From positions 1 through 64,000 of the forward strand of contig CBDFJF010000001.1 of NCBI GenBank assembly GCA_965248265.1: 64,000 bases of DNA, read 5' to 3'. Source of the DNA: Candidatus Latescibacterota bacterium. GTDB taxonomy: Bacteria; Latescibacterota; UBA2968; UBA8231. The notes under the pieces are model-generated. The model was not told the origin of the DNA. It saw nothing but the letters and a program-made list of their open reading frames with translations, and did not search any database. Positions 45,082-57,349 of the stretch are shown here, one piece after another. Positions within the stretch are counted from its first letter, which is position 1, and each line of letters begins with the position of its first letter. A program made the position numbers and the translations under genes.

Positions 45082-46922
45082 GCGCGAACCAGAGTGATGC
45101 CACAGTGCGAGTTCTCCTCGTTGATGATCAGGCGATGATCGGGGAAGTCGTGCGACGCATGCTGGGGGTAGAAAGCGATGTGGCCTACCTGTTCTGCGAT
45201 GACTCCAAGGCCGCCCTGGAAGCTGCCCGGAAGATCTCCCCTACCGTGATCCTGCAGGATCTGCAAATGCCGGATATCGATGGCTTCGACTTGCTCGAGA
45301 TGTACGGTAAGGATGACGTCACCCGTGATGTGCCCGTCATCATGCTGACGGGAAAGGAGGACCCCGCGAGCAAAGCGAAGGCCTTCTCGCTCGGGGCCAG
45401 CGACTACCTGGTAAAGGTTCCGGACCGAATCGAACTCATCGCTCGTATCCGTCGCCACTCCGACGGGTACGTCAACCTCCAAGCTCGGCGGCGTACGGAA
45501 GAAGCCCTTCGAAAGGCCGAGGTCGCAGCTCGCGCGGCTGCGGCGGAGGCCGACAACGCCAACCGCGCCAAGAGCACCTTTCTGGCCAACCTGAGTCACG
45601 AGATCCGTACACCGATGAACGCGATTCTGGGATATGCTCAGATCCTTTCAGCCGGCGCCGACCTGACGCAGGACCAATATGACGGTCTTCAGACTATTCA
45701 GCACTCTGGTGACCATCTGCTAGAGCTCATCAACGACGTGTTGGATATTTCCAAGATCGAGGCGGGGCGCACCGAGCTCTCTGCCGTCGACTTCAATCTC
45801 ATCGGCCTGGTGCGCAGCCTCGGAGCCATGTTCCAGCAACGCTGTCATGCCAAGGACCTGCACTGGCGGCTCGAGGAGGACCTGCCGCGCGCGCACGTGC
45901 ACGGAGACGAAAACAAACTGCGTCAGGTGTTGATCAACCTGCTCGGCAACGCTGTAAAGTTTGCCACCCGAGGTGAGGTCTCCCTGCGGGTTGGAAAACC
46001 CGCGGAGAACGACTACCTCTTCGAGGTATGTGATACTGGACCCGGCATTCCTGAGGAGCACCAAACAGCCGTGTTCGAACCCTTTCACCAGGGAGACGCC
46101 GGACATCAGCACGGCGGCACAGGGTTAGGCCTGGCGATCGCCCGCAGTCACGTCGCGTTGATGGGCGGCAAGCTGCAACTCGAGTCGGTTCTCGGAAAGG
46201 GTACCACTTTTTCGTTCACCCTTTCACTGGCAAGCGTCGAAGCGAATGATGCCGGCGCAGACGATCGCTGGGACCGGGTACAGCGCCTTGCGGCGGGTCA
46301 TTCGGTGCGCGCGCTCGTCGTAGACGATTCGGTTGGTGGCGAAATCTGCCGACGTTTTCTGACACGGGTCGGAGTCGAAGTCGATCTGGTGACCAGCGGT
46401 AGCGACGCAATCGCTCATGCACGAGAACGCCATCCAGACATCGTGTTGATGGACCACAAGTTGCCGGATCTCAGTGGGGCGCAGGTCAGACACAGGCTGA
46501 TCCAGGATACCGGTGAAGGCGAGTTTCCCATCGTCTGCGCGACGACGGCCGTACTCGCTCATGAGAGGCGAATGCTTCAGGAGGACGGGTTCGAGCACTT
46601 CCTCGACAAACCACTTCGTGCGGAGCAGCTGTACGGTTGCTTGAGTTCTCTGCTGAGCGTGCAGTACGAGTACGAGGAGTCGACGGACGTGACCCAGGAC
46701 CATTCCGCATGGAACAGGGTTTCAGTGACCGCCGAGTTGGCAGCGCAGCTTTCAGGAGCGGCGGAAAGACAGAGTCTCAGCGAGCTCAGACAACACATCG
46801 CCACCCTGGCCTCGCTGGGCACCTCCGAGGCCGGCCTGGCCTCGCACCTGGACAAACTGAGCCGGCGCTTCGACATGGAGGCCGTCAAGGACGTCGTGCA
46901 GAGTCTGCGATCGACCCCTTAA
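45078..46922 (+). CDS. Cytoplasmic REC-HisKA-HATPase-REC hybrid kinase
   Basis: N-terminal receiver (LVDDQ, ILQD..MP), LSHEIRTP, C-terminal receiver. Confidence 0.9.
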   Translation: MSANQSDATVRVLLVDDQAMIGEVVRRMLGVESDVAYLFCDDSKAALEAARKISPTVILQDLQMPDIDGFDLLEMYGKDDVTRDVPVIMLTGKEDPASKAKAFSLGASDYLVKVPDRIELIARIRRHSDGYVNLQARRRTEEALRKAEVAARAAAAEADNANRAKSTFLANLSHEIRTPMNAILGYAQILSAGADLTQDQYDGLQTIQHSGDHLLELINDVLDISKIEAGRTELSAVDFNLIGLVRSLGAMFQQRCHAKDLHWRLEEDLPRAHVHGDENKLRQVLINLLGNAVKFATRGEVSLRVGKPAENDYLFEVCDTGPGIPEEHQTAVFEPFHQGDAGHQHGGTGLGLAIARSHVALMGGKLQLESVLGKGTTFSFTLSLASVEANDAGADDRWDRVQRLAAGHSVRALVVDDSVGGEICRRFLTRVGVEVDLVTSGSDAIAHARERHPDIVLMDHKLPDLSGAQVRHRLIQDTGEGEFPIVCATTAVLAHERRMLQEDGFEHFLDKPLRAEQLYGCLSSLLSVQYEYEESTDVTQDHSAWNRVSVTAELAAQLSGAAERQSLSELRQHIATLASLGTSEAGLASHLDKLSRRFDMEAVKDVVQSLRSTP

Positions 46923-49421
46923 CCAGCCGCCGTCGAGGATTCTGTCCCCTGCATGACGATCTTGTCCTCCAGGTGCGCGAACACGACCCCGTCCATCGAG
47001 TTCGTCAGGGTGATACTGGCGTCACCGATGCGAACCTCGACATCCGAGTCTACACGCCCTGTTATGTGAATCTGTGTTCTGTCGTAGATCGCTGATTGCA
47101 GTTTTCTCAACTCTTGTTTGCGTCGCAAGCTTTGGGTTCGCGTCTCCACCAGACTTTTGAGTCGACTTAAACAGCATCATCATCGGCTTGCGTTTCTCCG
47201 GCGGACTGCGCTCGATCAATTCCTTGAAATGGGTGGCATCGACTTCCTGAACCCCGAGGGTTCGGAAGACTCTCATCATGTTGGACCGGCACAGCTGAAG
47301 CCCTTCGTCAACCTTCCTCATACGCGCGGCGATCTCCGGATCAGGACCGATCATCAACCTCGTCGACGCTGGACCCCGGCTGATCTGGCGCGCTTCGATT
47401 CGGCTACCGGAGACCAGCTCTCCACCAACGGCGCTGCCTCCACGGGCCCCTTCATTCCCCGTGATCGTCAATTGCCTTCCCGCGCGCAACCGGCCATTCA
47501 TCGAGTGCCCCACCACAACCACGTCGCCGGCAGCTGAGACCGTGGCGTTTTGCACCATCGGACACAACACGTTGCCGCGCGCGTTCACGATGGTCTCTTT
47601 GCCGACGATACCCTTGGCAACGACGACATCCTCACCGACGCTGATCCTGGCTCCCCCTTCAACTACACCGTCGACGACCACGCATCCCTCCGCCGTTACC
47701 GCTCCACCACCGCGCACCGATCCGCGCACATGCAGGTCCTCTCCCGGACCACTGTTGACGGGTGTGTGCACATTTTGATCGATGTGGGTCACCCGGTGCA
47801 CGCGCAACACTCCCTTGAACACGCGGACGCGACCGTCGATCTCTGCATGGAAATACTGGCGTGCACCTCGTTCCTCCATCCTCACATTCACCCCGGCCGT
47901 CACCGCATCCGCCACTGGTAAGGCCGGCATGGCGTCACCCAACTCACCGCCACACACGTCCCTTCCCGGCTGCGGCTCCCGTGATGGAGTTACCTCGGCA
48001 ACCAGGTCACCATTTTTCACGATAGTGGCTTCGATCTCGGCGGGGATGTCCGCGTCGTGCCGTGCTCCCGCGACTCCACTGCGAGCTCTCTGGAAGGGAA
48101 AGTAAGCGCTGCCTTCCTCCCCAGGCGTAGACGCTGAAGCCTTGGCGATCATGATCGAACGAGCCTTTTCCGAGGGAGCTGACTCCTGCAGCACCTGCTG
48201 CACCCCCCCCTCTGATACACCGTGGGTAACGCCAACCGCCTCCACAGCCTGCAGTATCCAATCTTCCGTCAGCATCACGTCCGGACCCGACTGCGGATAA
48301 CGGATGAAGTGTACCGACATTCGATCGGATGAGACCCACACAGGCGGAATGACCGAAATCTCGCTTTCATCGAGACAGACATAGCCCAGCATGCCTGAGA
48401 CGAAATGGTTCTCGATCAGCTGTACGTTCGACCCCGCCTGCAGTAGGCTCTCTGGGACGGAAGTCACACCTTCGGGTGGCAGGAACACGGCTAGCTCTTC
48501 ACCAGGCATCACCATGCGTGCGGCGTTTGGGCCAGCCGTTGCCGCCTCCAGAGTCTCAGCATTGATGGCTGCTCGCAGCTCATCGAACGCCAGCGTGGTC
48601 ACACCCCCGGGCACATCCTCGAAGCAGGTGTACGTCACGCTGCCGGTAGTTGCTGGGTCCGGTTCCATCCCGGAGGCGATCGGAAAGTGGCCTCGAATCA
48701 CCCGACTCGGAGAAGCGGCTGCCTGCTTGGCCAATCGAGCCACCATCTCGGCGTCGATGCCGCTGTTGATATGGTACTGGTCTTGCAGAGCCTCCATCAC
48801 ATCTGTTTCACCGAGCGTGCCATCACCGCCAAAACTGATCACCTGCAGCACAGCCGTGCCCTGCGCCGGGAGCACTTTGACTTTCATCCATCCTGTGTTC
48901 TTCGGACCGAAATTGCGCCGCCTGTCCGTGGAACCGACATCCACACTCCGGACGGGGGCCTGAGGATGCGGCCGTGTAGGTTCACCACCGGGGGTGCCTG
49001 GTTCGTCCTCCACCGCCTCGAGACTCTCGGGTGTCAGCTCATCATATTCTGCCTCGGCATCGTCGACTCCAGGCCCGCCAACCGTCGTCGATACGCTACT
49101 CGCCCCGCGGCTCCGCTCATCGCGTAGCTCCGCGACGTCGGGGACAACCTCGCTCCTGTCGGTGTCGATGGTGACTTCGGAGATACCTATATCCTTCAGC
49201 GCTGTAAGTTGCTTTTCGGAGCGCAGCAGCATGCCCCCCATGCCCGAGACCTCGTCTACTTTCCGTCTCTTGATGCGCAGCCGCTTGCTGCTGATCTCTT
49301 CGAGAGCGGCATCGGAGAGTTCGAGAAAGTGGCGAATTTCGTTGCCAACCATCACGCTGAGAACATTCGCCTCGACGAACATCCCAACGCTAAGCGTATC
49401 TATGGGAATTCGGAGTCTCAT
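46919..49421 (-). CDS. FapA/DUF342-like protein, apparently frameshifted near 47170
   Basis: Beta-helix repeats (V.G.V..G..V.A.G.V.V); natural C-terminus continues in frame of 46919..47149. Confidence 0.7.
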
Positions 49422-49440
49422 CCTCCCTTACTCGCGTGGG

Positions 49441-50457
49441 CTAGCGATCACCGGCATCGCGCTCGGCATCGGATATTTCCTGCTCGATCTCAAGGACCTC
49501 GTCCAGCTGATCCTCCCACTCAGCCGGGTCCTGACGGACCTTCGAATCCTGAACAGCCACGGCGGCCTGTAGCCCGAAACTGCCAAGGGTGCCCAGATCC
49601 CCCTCCCCGATCTCGCGCCCACTTCGTGGGTTCTCGACTTCGATGAGACCGAGGATTTCACCCTCACGCACGATGGGCACCAGAGCCGCCGGATGGGTGG
49701 CCGCCACGATCACCGGTTCCAGTTTCTCGGTAGCTGCCCGCAGCGCCTGTGCCGAGGGCGAGGACGCCTTGAAGCGGCTCGATTCACGGTCTCCCAGTTC
49801 CTCACCGACCAGTCCAATGGCCGCTGCCGGCCTGAACTCACCTTCGGCGGAGAGATAAACGACCGCCTGATCCAGTTCCAGGATGTTGATGGCGACTTCC
49901 AGCACAACGGCCAATGTCTCTTCCAGTGAATGGAAGGTCAGCAAGTGCTGGGCGATCCGGTCCTTGCCCTCCAGTTCACGGACCTTTTGTACCAGGTCAG
50001 CTGTGCGTTCCTTGACCTTCAGCTCCAGCTCCTCGTTGATCGACGCCAGTCGACGGGCTAGAATGGCTCTCTCCAGATGCGTCTGAATGCGGACGAGGAC
50101 CTCTTCCTTTTTGAAGGGTTTCGTGATGTAATCGACGCCGCCGGACTCAAAGCCCTCGACGATGCCTTCCAGATCATCGCGCGCGGTGAGGAAGACCACG
50201 GGGATGCCGCTGATGGAGGGCTGCGCCTTCAGCTGACGGCATGTTTCGTACCCATCGATGCCCGGCATCATCACGTCGAGGAGGATCAGATCGGGTTGCG
50301 ATTGTTGCGCTACCTTGAGAGCCGTGGGACCGTCTGAGGCCACGTGCACGTTGTATCCCTCGGCATCGAGCGCCTGGAAAAGGACATCGAGATTGGCCGG
50401 AACGTCATCGGTGACCAGGATCTTGCAACCGGTCAGGTCGAGATCAACTTCGCTCAT
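49441..50457 (-). CDS. Response regulator with receiver and GAF domains
   Basis: DD.P.N, DLILLDVMMP, KPF; GAF-like LVPI...GEILG.I. Confidence 0.85.
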   Translation of the reverse strand: MSEVDLDLTGCKILVTDDVPANLDVLFQALDAEGYNVHVASDGPTALKVAQQSQPDLILLDVMMPGIDGYETCRQLKAQPSISGIPVVFLTARDDLEGIVEGFESGGVDYITKPFKKEEVLVRIQTHLERAILARRLASINEELELKVKERTADLVQKVRELEGKDRIAQHLLTFHSLEETLAVVLEVAINILELDQAVVYLSAEGEFRPAAAIGLVGEELGDRESSRFKASSPSAQALRAATEKLEPVIVAATHPAALVPIVREGEILGLIEVENPRSGREIGEGDLGTLGSFGLQAAVAVQDSKVRQDPAEWEDQLDEVLEIEQEISDAERDAGDR

Positions 50458-50530
50458 TGGACTCTTTCGGTTGTCATCACCATCGGCTGTCGAAACACCG
50501 ACGGTTTGGTGGGGTGTTCAGGTACACGCA

Positions 50531-51790
50531 TCAAGCACGGCGGTCCAGGACCCCCCGGATCTTCGACATCAGGGTGATCATGGAGACGGGTTTGTGGATC
50601 AGCTCGTCCGCACCTTCGAAGTCGTCCATGTCTCCACCGAGCCCGGTGAAAATGACGATCTTGGTTTGTGCATCTCTCTGCCTGAGCTGCTTGAGAACCT
50701 GGCGACCGGACTTGCCTGGAAGGGAGTGGTCTAGCAAAACCAGATCGATGTATTGCCGTTCTCGATCGAACAGCTCCAGTCCTTGGTCTCCGTCTACGGC
50801 CGTCAGTGTCGTATAGCCCTTGGCTTCGAGCATGTGTTGCGCGGTATAGCGAATCATCTCCTCATCCTCGATGATGAGGATGGTCTCCGTCCCGGTCGTC
50901 TCAGTTACCCGACTGACGGCGCGCCGCTCCTCCTGGGCAGGTGAAGCAGGCAGATAAACGCTGAACCTGGTCCCTATACCGGGCTCGCTGTCACAGTCGA
51001 TCCACCCGCCATGATCCCGCACGATGCCGAAAACGGTCGATAGTCCCAGACCGGTCCCACGGTCTATTTCCTTGGTCGTGAAGAACGGATCGAAAATCTT
51101 TGCCTTCATTTCTTGGTCTATTCCGGGACCGTTATCGGAAACGCTGAGACGCGCGAATAACCCACTCCTGGCATTCGCAGCCGCTGTCGGCCGATCGACC
51201 TTGAGCGTCTCCAAGCCGACGCGAATGGTCGGATCGTTGCGCTCGACCTCTTCCAGAGCGTCGCGGGCATTGATGCACAGGTTCAGAACCGCCTGCTCCA
51301 GCTGCATCGAATCCCCGATAGCGAATTGACCGGGTTTGATATCGATGATGATCTCGATTCGGCGATCGAACGTCTTCTTGCAGATCGACACGACGTCCTG
51401 TGCGACCTTGGCCAGGTCAATGGCACGTTGGGTTCGACGCGAATTGGGACGGGCAAAGATCATGAGCTGGGTAATCAGTTCCCCCGCTCGTCGAGTCGTA
51501 TCGAGTGCCTGGGTCACCGCATCATCAGCCACCGCGGGTATGCTCTGTGTTTGAGCTAGCTCGAGACTACCGACGATGGCCTGCAAGAGGTTATTAAAAT
51601 TATGTGCAATTCCGGCCGTGAGCTGACCCAGCGCCTCCATCTTGGCCGTCTGCTGTTGACGCTGCCCATCCTCGAATTGCTGCTCGAGTTCGAGGTGGGA
51701 TTCGTGCAGCCACTCCAGCCCTTCCAGGCGCTGGCGCAGTTCGCTGAGCTCGGAGAGGAGTTCAGTCTTTGGTCGTTGTTCATCAACCAT
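50531..51790 (-). CDS. Cytoplasmic hybrid histidine kinase
   Basis: [31 protein letters not shown]-terminal receiver. Confidence 0.9.
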   Translation of the reverse strand: MVDEQRPKTELLSELSELRQRLEGLEWLHESHLELEQQFEDGQRQQQTAKMEALGQLTAGIAHNFNNLLQAIVGSLELAQTQSIPAVADDAVTQALDTTRRAGELITQLMIFARPNSRRTQRAIDLAKVAQDVVSICKKTFDRRIEIIIDIKPGQFAIGDSMQLEQAVLNLCINARDALEEVERNDPTIRVGLETLKVDRPTAAANARSGLFARLSVSDNGPGIDQEMKAKIFDPFFTTKEIDRGTGLGLSTVFGIVRDHGGWIDCDSEPGIGTRFSVYLPASPAQEERRAVSRVTETTGTETILIIEDEEMIRYTAQHMLEAKGYTTLTAVDGDQGLELFDRERQYIDLVLLDHSLPGKSGRQVLKQLRQRDAQTKIVIFTGLGGDMDDFEGADELIHKPVSMITLMSKIRGVLDRRA

Positions 51791-51909
51791 GATATGGTGT
51801 TCACGGAGTGCGGGTGGTTGCGATCCTGGAAAGATAGGCCAACCACTGACAGAACACAGCCCTACGTCTCAATTGACCCTCTCATATTGATTTGATTTCC
51901 CGTTTTTTC

Positions 51910-51938
51910 TTGACATCGTTCAGGGTCCCTGGTAGCAT
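51910..51938 (+). promoter_or_regulatory. Sigma70-type promoter
   Basis: TTGACA, 17 bp, TAGCAT. Confidence 0.7.
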
Positions 51939-51944
51939 ATTTAC

Positions 51945-52086
51945 TGACTGGCCTGCGAAAAAAACAATAATGCCGCTTCGGTACCAACCGAGGCGGTCGT
52001 AGTCGTCGAAACCAGTCCTCGAAGACGCCTACTTAGCCCCCTTCCGCCGTCACGCGGAGAAAGGGGATAGGTGGGCGTTTTTTTTT
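51945..52086 (+). ncRNA. Candidate structured leader or sRNA ending in intrinsic terminator
   Basis: GACTGG/CCAGTC closing stem, internal GCCGCTTCGG/CCGAGGCGGT hairpin, long hairpin 52025-52078 plus 9 T. Confidence 0.5.
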
Positions 52087-52101
52087 GAGGGAGATGGATC
52101 T

Positions 52102-52290
52102 ATGCAGAAAACACCGATCGAGCAAGTGGAGCGGGTGGCCAGGCTTTACCGGACCAACAAGGAGGCCAGCTTGGCACTCGGCATCACGGTTCAAGCCTTC
52201 GGTCGGCTTTGCCGGCAACATCGCATCGAAACGCCCGGTGAGCGTCGCCTCAAGCGCCGGTTGACACAAGCTCGAGAATCAGCCCTTTAG
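52102..52290 (+). CDS. Small HTH-like protein
   Basis: GAGGGAG RBS; R.ARLY.TN.EA..ALGI....F.RLCR...IETP. Confidence 0.7.
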   Translation: MQKTPIEQVERVARLYRTNKEASLALGITVQAFGRLCRQHRIETPGERRLKRRLTQARESAL

Positions 52291-52308
52291 TGGGTGGGTG
52301 TGCGGCAG

Positions 52309-53364
52309 CTAAATCTCGACGCCGACGGATCGTGCGGCCTGGACGAACAGGTCCCACAGGTCCTCCGGGATCGGTATGCCGTCGCGCTCACAATTGGCGC
52401 GGGTCGTGGCTTCTTTCAGACCCGGGTACAACACTTCATCAAAACCCACAGCAGGACCACTGTCGGTGATTCGATTCAGTGTGTCGTCAACCCTGGAACG
52501 AAAATCGGTCATCGGACTCAGGACATCGGCCTGCATCACGATGAAACTGACTCCCTGGTGCCCCATCAGGTTAGCCCCCTCGCCCTCCACCGCGTGACCA
52601 TCAGCCCCGGTGAGCACGCGGCCGAGCAATTCCACCGCCAGCATGATACCGAAGCCCTTGTGACCGCCAAAGGAGCTCAGAGTGCCACCCCCCTCCATGA
52701 AATCGGCTGGATTCGTCGTTGGCTTGCCATTGCGGTCAGCGATAACGCCTAATGGCAGCTCCTCGCCACGGCGGTGAGCGTTCACGACCTTCACTGCGGA
52801 TCCGTGGGTGGTCGCAAAATCGAGGACGAAGGGTGGACGCTGCCCAGACGGCACGCCGATGCAAATCGGATTGGTATCGAGTACCCGGTCGCGTCCGCCA
52901 TAGGCGGCCGCCCGCGCCCCAGTCATGGCGTATCCACTGCCGAAAATCTGACTGACCATACCGGCAGCCGCGGCCATTTCAGCGTAATGCCCCAGACGGC
53001 CAATGTGGTTGCACCGGACCAGTCCGATCAGCGCAAGACCGTGTTGCCGAGCCCGGTCGATGGCGAGGCGGACGGCAAAATCAGCGCTGACCTGGCCGAA
53101 TCCCCAGTTTCCTCTCACCGTAACCCGGTTTCCATCGTCGGCGACGACCTCGGGGTCGCTCGTCGGTAACAACTTGCCGGAGGCGATTTCTCTCAGGTAG
53201 TTTGGCATCGTCAACAGGCCGTGAGTCTGCACCCCGCATTGATCTGCATCCGTCAGGTGGGCTGCCACGATTTGGGCCTGGTCTTGGGCAGCTCCAGCCG
53301 CCTGCAGAACGCCCGCGATCGTCTGCCTCAGTTCCTCAGGTCGTTTGGTTACGGTCCTTATCAC
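52309..53364 (-). CDS. Ldh_2 family (malate/L-lactate-type) oxidoreductase
   Basis: G..THG, NH.GRLG.Y, TNP, LDFAT, GGHKG.G. Confidence 0.9.
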   Translation of the reverse strand: MIRTVTKRPEELRQTIAGVLQAAGAAQDQAQIVAAHLTDADQCGVQTHGLLTMPNYLREIASGKLLPTSDPEVVADDGNRVTVRGNWGFGQVSADFAVRLAIDRARQHGLALIGLVRCNHIGRLGHYAEMAAAAGMVSQIFGSGYAMTGARAAAYGGRDRVLDTNPICIGVPSGQRPPFVLDFATTHGSAVKVVNAHRRGEELPLGVIADRNGKPTTNPADFMEGGGTLSSFGGHKGFGIMLAVELLGRVLTGADGHAVEGEGANLMGHQGVSFIVMQADVLSPMTDFRSRVDDTLNRITDSGPAVGFDEVLYPGLKEATTRANCERDGIPIPEDLWDLFVQAARSVGVEI

Positions 53365-53368
53365 TTAC

Positions 53369-54697
<1,329 letters not shown>

Positions 54698-54732
54698 GGT
54701 AGTAGTGGACTCCGTGTGTGGTATAGGTAGAG

Positions 54733-55509
54733 TCAGAGCGCGATGATCTGATTGTGCGAATCGAGCCTGACGCTCTTAGAATAGTGGTAGACGGAGATTT
54801 CATCCGTCAGGGGCGTTGGTACCCGGACGATGAACTCTGCCCATGAACTGGTGTTGAACGCCACGTAGGCAAGTTCCATTCCTTCCAGCAGATCCTCCGG
54901 CTCCCGCGACAGGTCTGGAAACAACACCGGGCCTGTATCGGGTTGGTAGATGGCATCGCGTTCATTGGCGTTTATCGTCTTCACCGGGTACTCGATGAGG
55001 GCACTGTAGCGCTCCGTTTCTATCGTCGTAGTTGCGTTCAGCAATCTGTTCGACAGGACTTGCTCAACGATGGCTGCCGGATCTTCGAAGAGCTCCCCAT
55101 CCATCTGTGGCACATCCAGACGAAGACTGTCGAAAGCGTCCTCTAAGGCACTCAGTTGGCGTGCGGACTGCTCACCCAATGACGGAGGATACAGAGGCAC
55201 ACTCATTCCCGCCCGTTCGTAGGTCTTCACCATCATGATATGCGTGGGACTGACGATGGGAATGAAATCAGCGTTCGGCTGCGTCCAAATATCTCGCTCC
55301 GTGCCGACGATCTCGGTCTTACAGCTCACCCCAAGAGCGAACTCCTGCGACTCGCCGCTTTTCTTGTCCGTGATCTCGCAACGGCAGTCGAGAGGGATGC
55401 GCGCGTTGTTGAGGGTATAGGGTGCCTTTCTGCTGCTGGTTATGGCCTGCCTCTTCGCCCGGTCTATCCGGAAGGTCAGCGATGAATGTTGAAAATCAGT
55501 CGTCTTCAT
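54733..55509 (-). CDS. Hypothetical protein
   Basis: 258 aa ORF in co-directional cluster. Confidence 0.7.
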   Translation of the reverse strand: MKTTDFQHSSLTFRIDRAKRQAITSSRKAPYTLNNARIPLDCRCEITDKKSGESQEFALGVSCKTEIVGTERDIWTQPNADFIPIVSPTHIMMVKTYERAGMSVPLYPPSLGEQSARQLSALEDAFDSLRLDVPQMDGELFEDPAAIVEQVLSNRLLNATTTIETERYSALIEYPVKTINANERDAIYQPDTGPVLFPDLSREPEDLLEGMELAYVAFNTSSWAEFIVRVPTPLTDEISVYHYSKSVRLDSHNQIIAL

Positions 55510-55524
55510 AGTTCCCCGTCTGGG

Positions 55525-56685
55525 TCAGCCGACCTCCGAACCATCGAGGTACTCACGGACCGATTCGGCGATCAGATAGGCGGCAGACCGCGTTTTGTCG
55601 GCTTCCGATTTCATCCGGGACTTGGTCATTCCCAATGCCAGCTTACGGCTCGGATCGGCGAAGCCGATCGAGCCACCATGTCCGGGATGGCCGAAGGCGG
55701 CTTCCGACCTCCCCATTCGCACATCTCCACCAGTCTCCGGCGCACCGGCCAGCAGAAAACCCAGCCCCTTGCGAACCCGCACCCCCATTACCTCGTCTTC
55801 CGCGTCCGTCTGCAGCGAAGAGATCTCCAGAGCCCGCTCACCGGATAGCATCCGCACACCGTCGAGCTCACCCCCGTTCCCCAGCATGGCATAGAGCCGG
55901 GCGATGGCGCGAGCACTCATGATACCGCCGGCACCGGGGTACGAAGCTCGACGCACGTCCGGCCGATTCATGACCTCCGCTTTCATCAGGTGAGCCGGTG
56001 CCGCGCGCTCTCGCATTGTGGCTGGCGGCACGAATGTGCCATCGGGCACGGATGTGGCATCAGGCGTTCCGTCATCGTCACGCAGGGCTGCCACCCGTGG
56101 TTCGACCTCGTCGGGTATGCCTAGATAGAAATCATCTATCCCCAGCGGCGCACAGAGCTCCTCCTGCGCGAACTGGGCGATCGGGCGCCCATCAATTCGG
56201 CGAATCACCTCGCCGACGATCCAACCAAAAACGAGTGCATGGTAGGCCGTCCTCGATCCGGGCGGCCACAGCGGTTCGTGGGTGGCGATAGCCGTACACA
56301 TCGCCTCCCAATCAGTGATCATCTCAGGGGTGGCGCCAGCCGGCATCTGCGGAATGCCTGCCGCGTGCGTCAGCACGTGTCGAATGGTGATGCCCTCTTT
56401 GCCATGGCAGCCAAACTCAGGCCAGCACGAGGCTACAGGGGTTTCGTAGTCGAGGGCGCCGCCCTCGGCCAGCAGGTGGATGCAGGTCGCTGCGAAGCCC
56501 TTTGTCGTCGACCAGGAGGTAAAGAGCGTGCCTCCATCCACCTGCCCAGCTCCGGAAGCACCGGACCAAGTGTCGACGACTTGCTCGCCATCGAGGTACA
56601 CGGCTACCTGCAGCGCGTCCTCCGCGCCGATCTCGACGAGCTTGTCCAACAACCGTTGGACGAGTAGAGACAACCCGTTTGCCAC
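55525..56685 (-). CDS. Beta-lactamase-family serine hydrolase
   Basis: WSTTK (SxxK), LTH.AG, YH, FGH.G.GG; likely GTG start 56685. Confidence 0.88.
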   Translation of the reverse strand: MANGLSLLVQRLLDKLVEIGAEDALQVAVYLDGEQVVDTWSGASGAGQVDGGTLFTSWSTTKGFAATCIHLLAEGGALDYETPVASCWPEFGCHGKEGITIRHVLTHAAGIPQMPAGATPEMITDWEAMCTAIATHEPLWPPGSRTAYHALVFGWIVGEVIRRIDGRPIAQFAQEELCAPLGIDDFYLGIPDEVEPRVAALRDDDGTPDATSVPDGTFVPPATMRERAAPAHLMKAEVMNRPDVRRASYPGAGGIMSARAIARLYAMLGNGGELDGVRMLSGERALEISSLQTDAEDEVMGVRVRKGLGFLLAGAPETGGDVRMGRSEAAFGHPGHGGSIGFADPSRKLALGMTKSRMKSEADKTRSAAYLIAESVREYLDGSEVG

Positions 56686-56695
56686 GAGCTCGCGA

Positions 56696-57349
56696 CTATT
56701 CCCCCACCTCGGCCTCACTGACGAGCAGGTAGTGACCGGGAAGCAATCGCGCCTTGAGCGAGACCGGTTTGAAATGCGATTCCTTGCCGAGAAAGAAATC
56801 CTGTCCCCTGGCGAATTGGAGGTAATGGTAGATCCGCCCCTCTGAAGTCTCCAGGTGATGCAGGTGGCCGAGTTTGCAGGAATGTGGCAGGTCGCCCACC
56901 CCGAGACCACATTGGCATTTGTTGATGCCTTCGAGTGCAATTTCGCGCCCCTTGTCCGTGCGGTACTTAGCGAAGTCTATGAGCGGCACCTGCGTCTTGC
57001 TCTCCAGGGCGTCGACATGCAGCAACGCCCCTTCCCGCAGCAGTTTGCCCTTTACCTGCACGACACTTCCATTTCCGGTGTTTGCCAGCATTTTCTCGTT
57101 TTCCGGCGTCTCCAGAAAGCCGTAGACACCGTCCTCTGTCACCAGGGCCTTGCCGGCTACCGATTCGTTCACAACGGCAACCTCCGACGCCGATTGATCA
57201 ACGGCCGTAAAGAACGAGTGCACATCCACGATGACACCGCGCTCATCGAAAGCCACACTCGACTTGGCCGAATCTACACCGTGTACAGTCGAAGTGATCG
57301 TCATCAACAACAGATGGGCCAGGACAACCTGAAACGTGGAGGACTTCAT
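56696..57349 (-). CDS. Secreted hypothetical protein
   Basis: AAGGAGAG RBS, signal peptide, C.C...HSC..GHLHH motif. Confidence 0.65.
   Translation of the reverse strand: MKSSTFQVVLAHLLLMTITSTVHGVDSAKSSVAFDERGVIVDVHSFFTAVDQSASEVAVVNESVAGKALVTEDGVYGFLETPENEKMLANTGNGSVVQVKGKLLREGALLHVDALESKTQVPLIDFAKYRTDKGREIALEGINKCQCGLGVGDLPHSCKLGHLHHLETSEGRIYHYLQFARGQDFFLGKESHFKPVSLKARLLPGHYLLVSEAEVGE

Noticed and set aside
52021-52032. GAAGACGCCTAC resembling the 3' part of a fluoride riboswitch
   Set aside because: The 5' GGnGAUGG element is missing and the downstream gene is unrelated.
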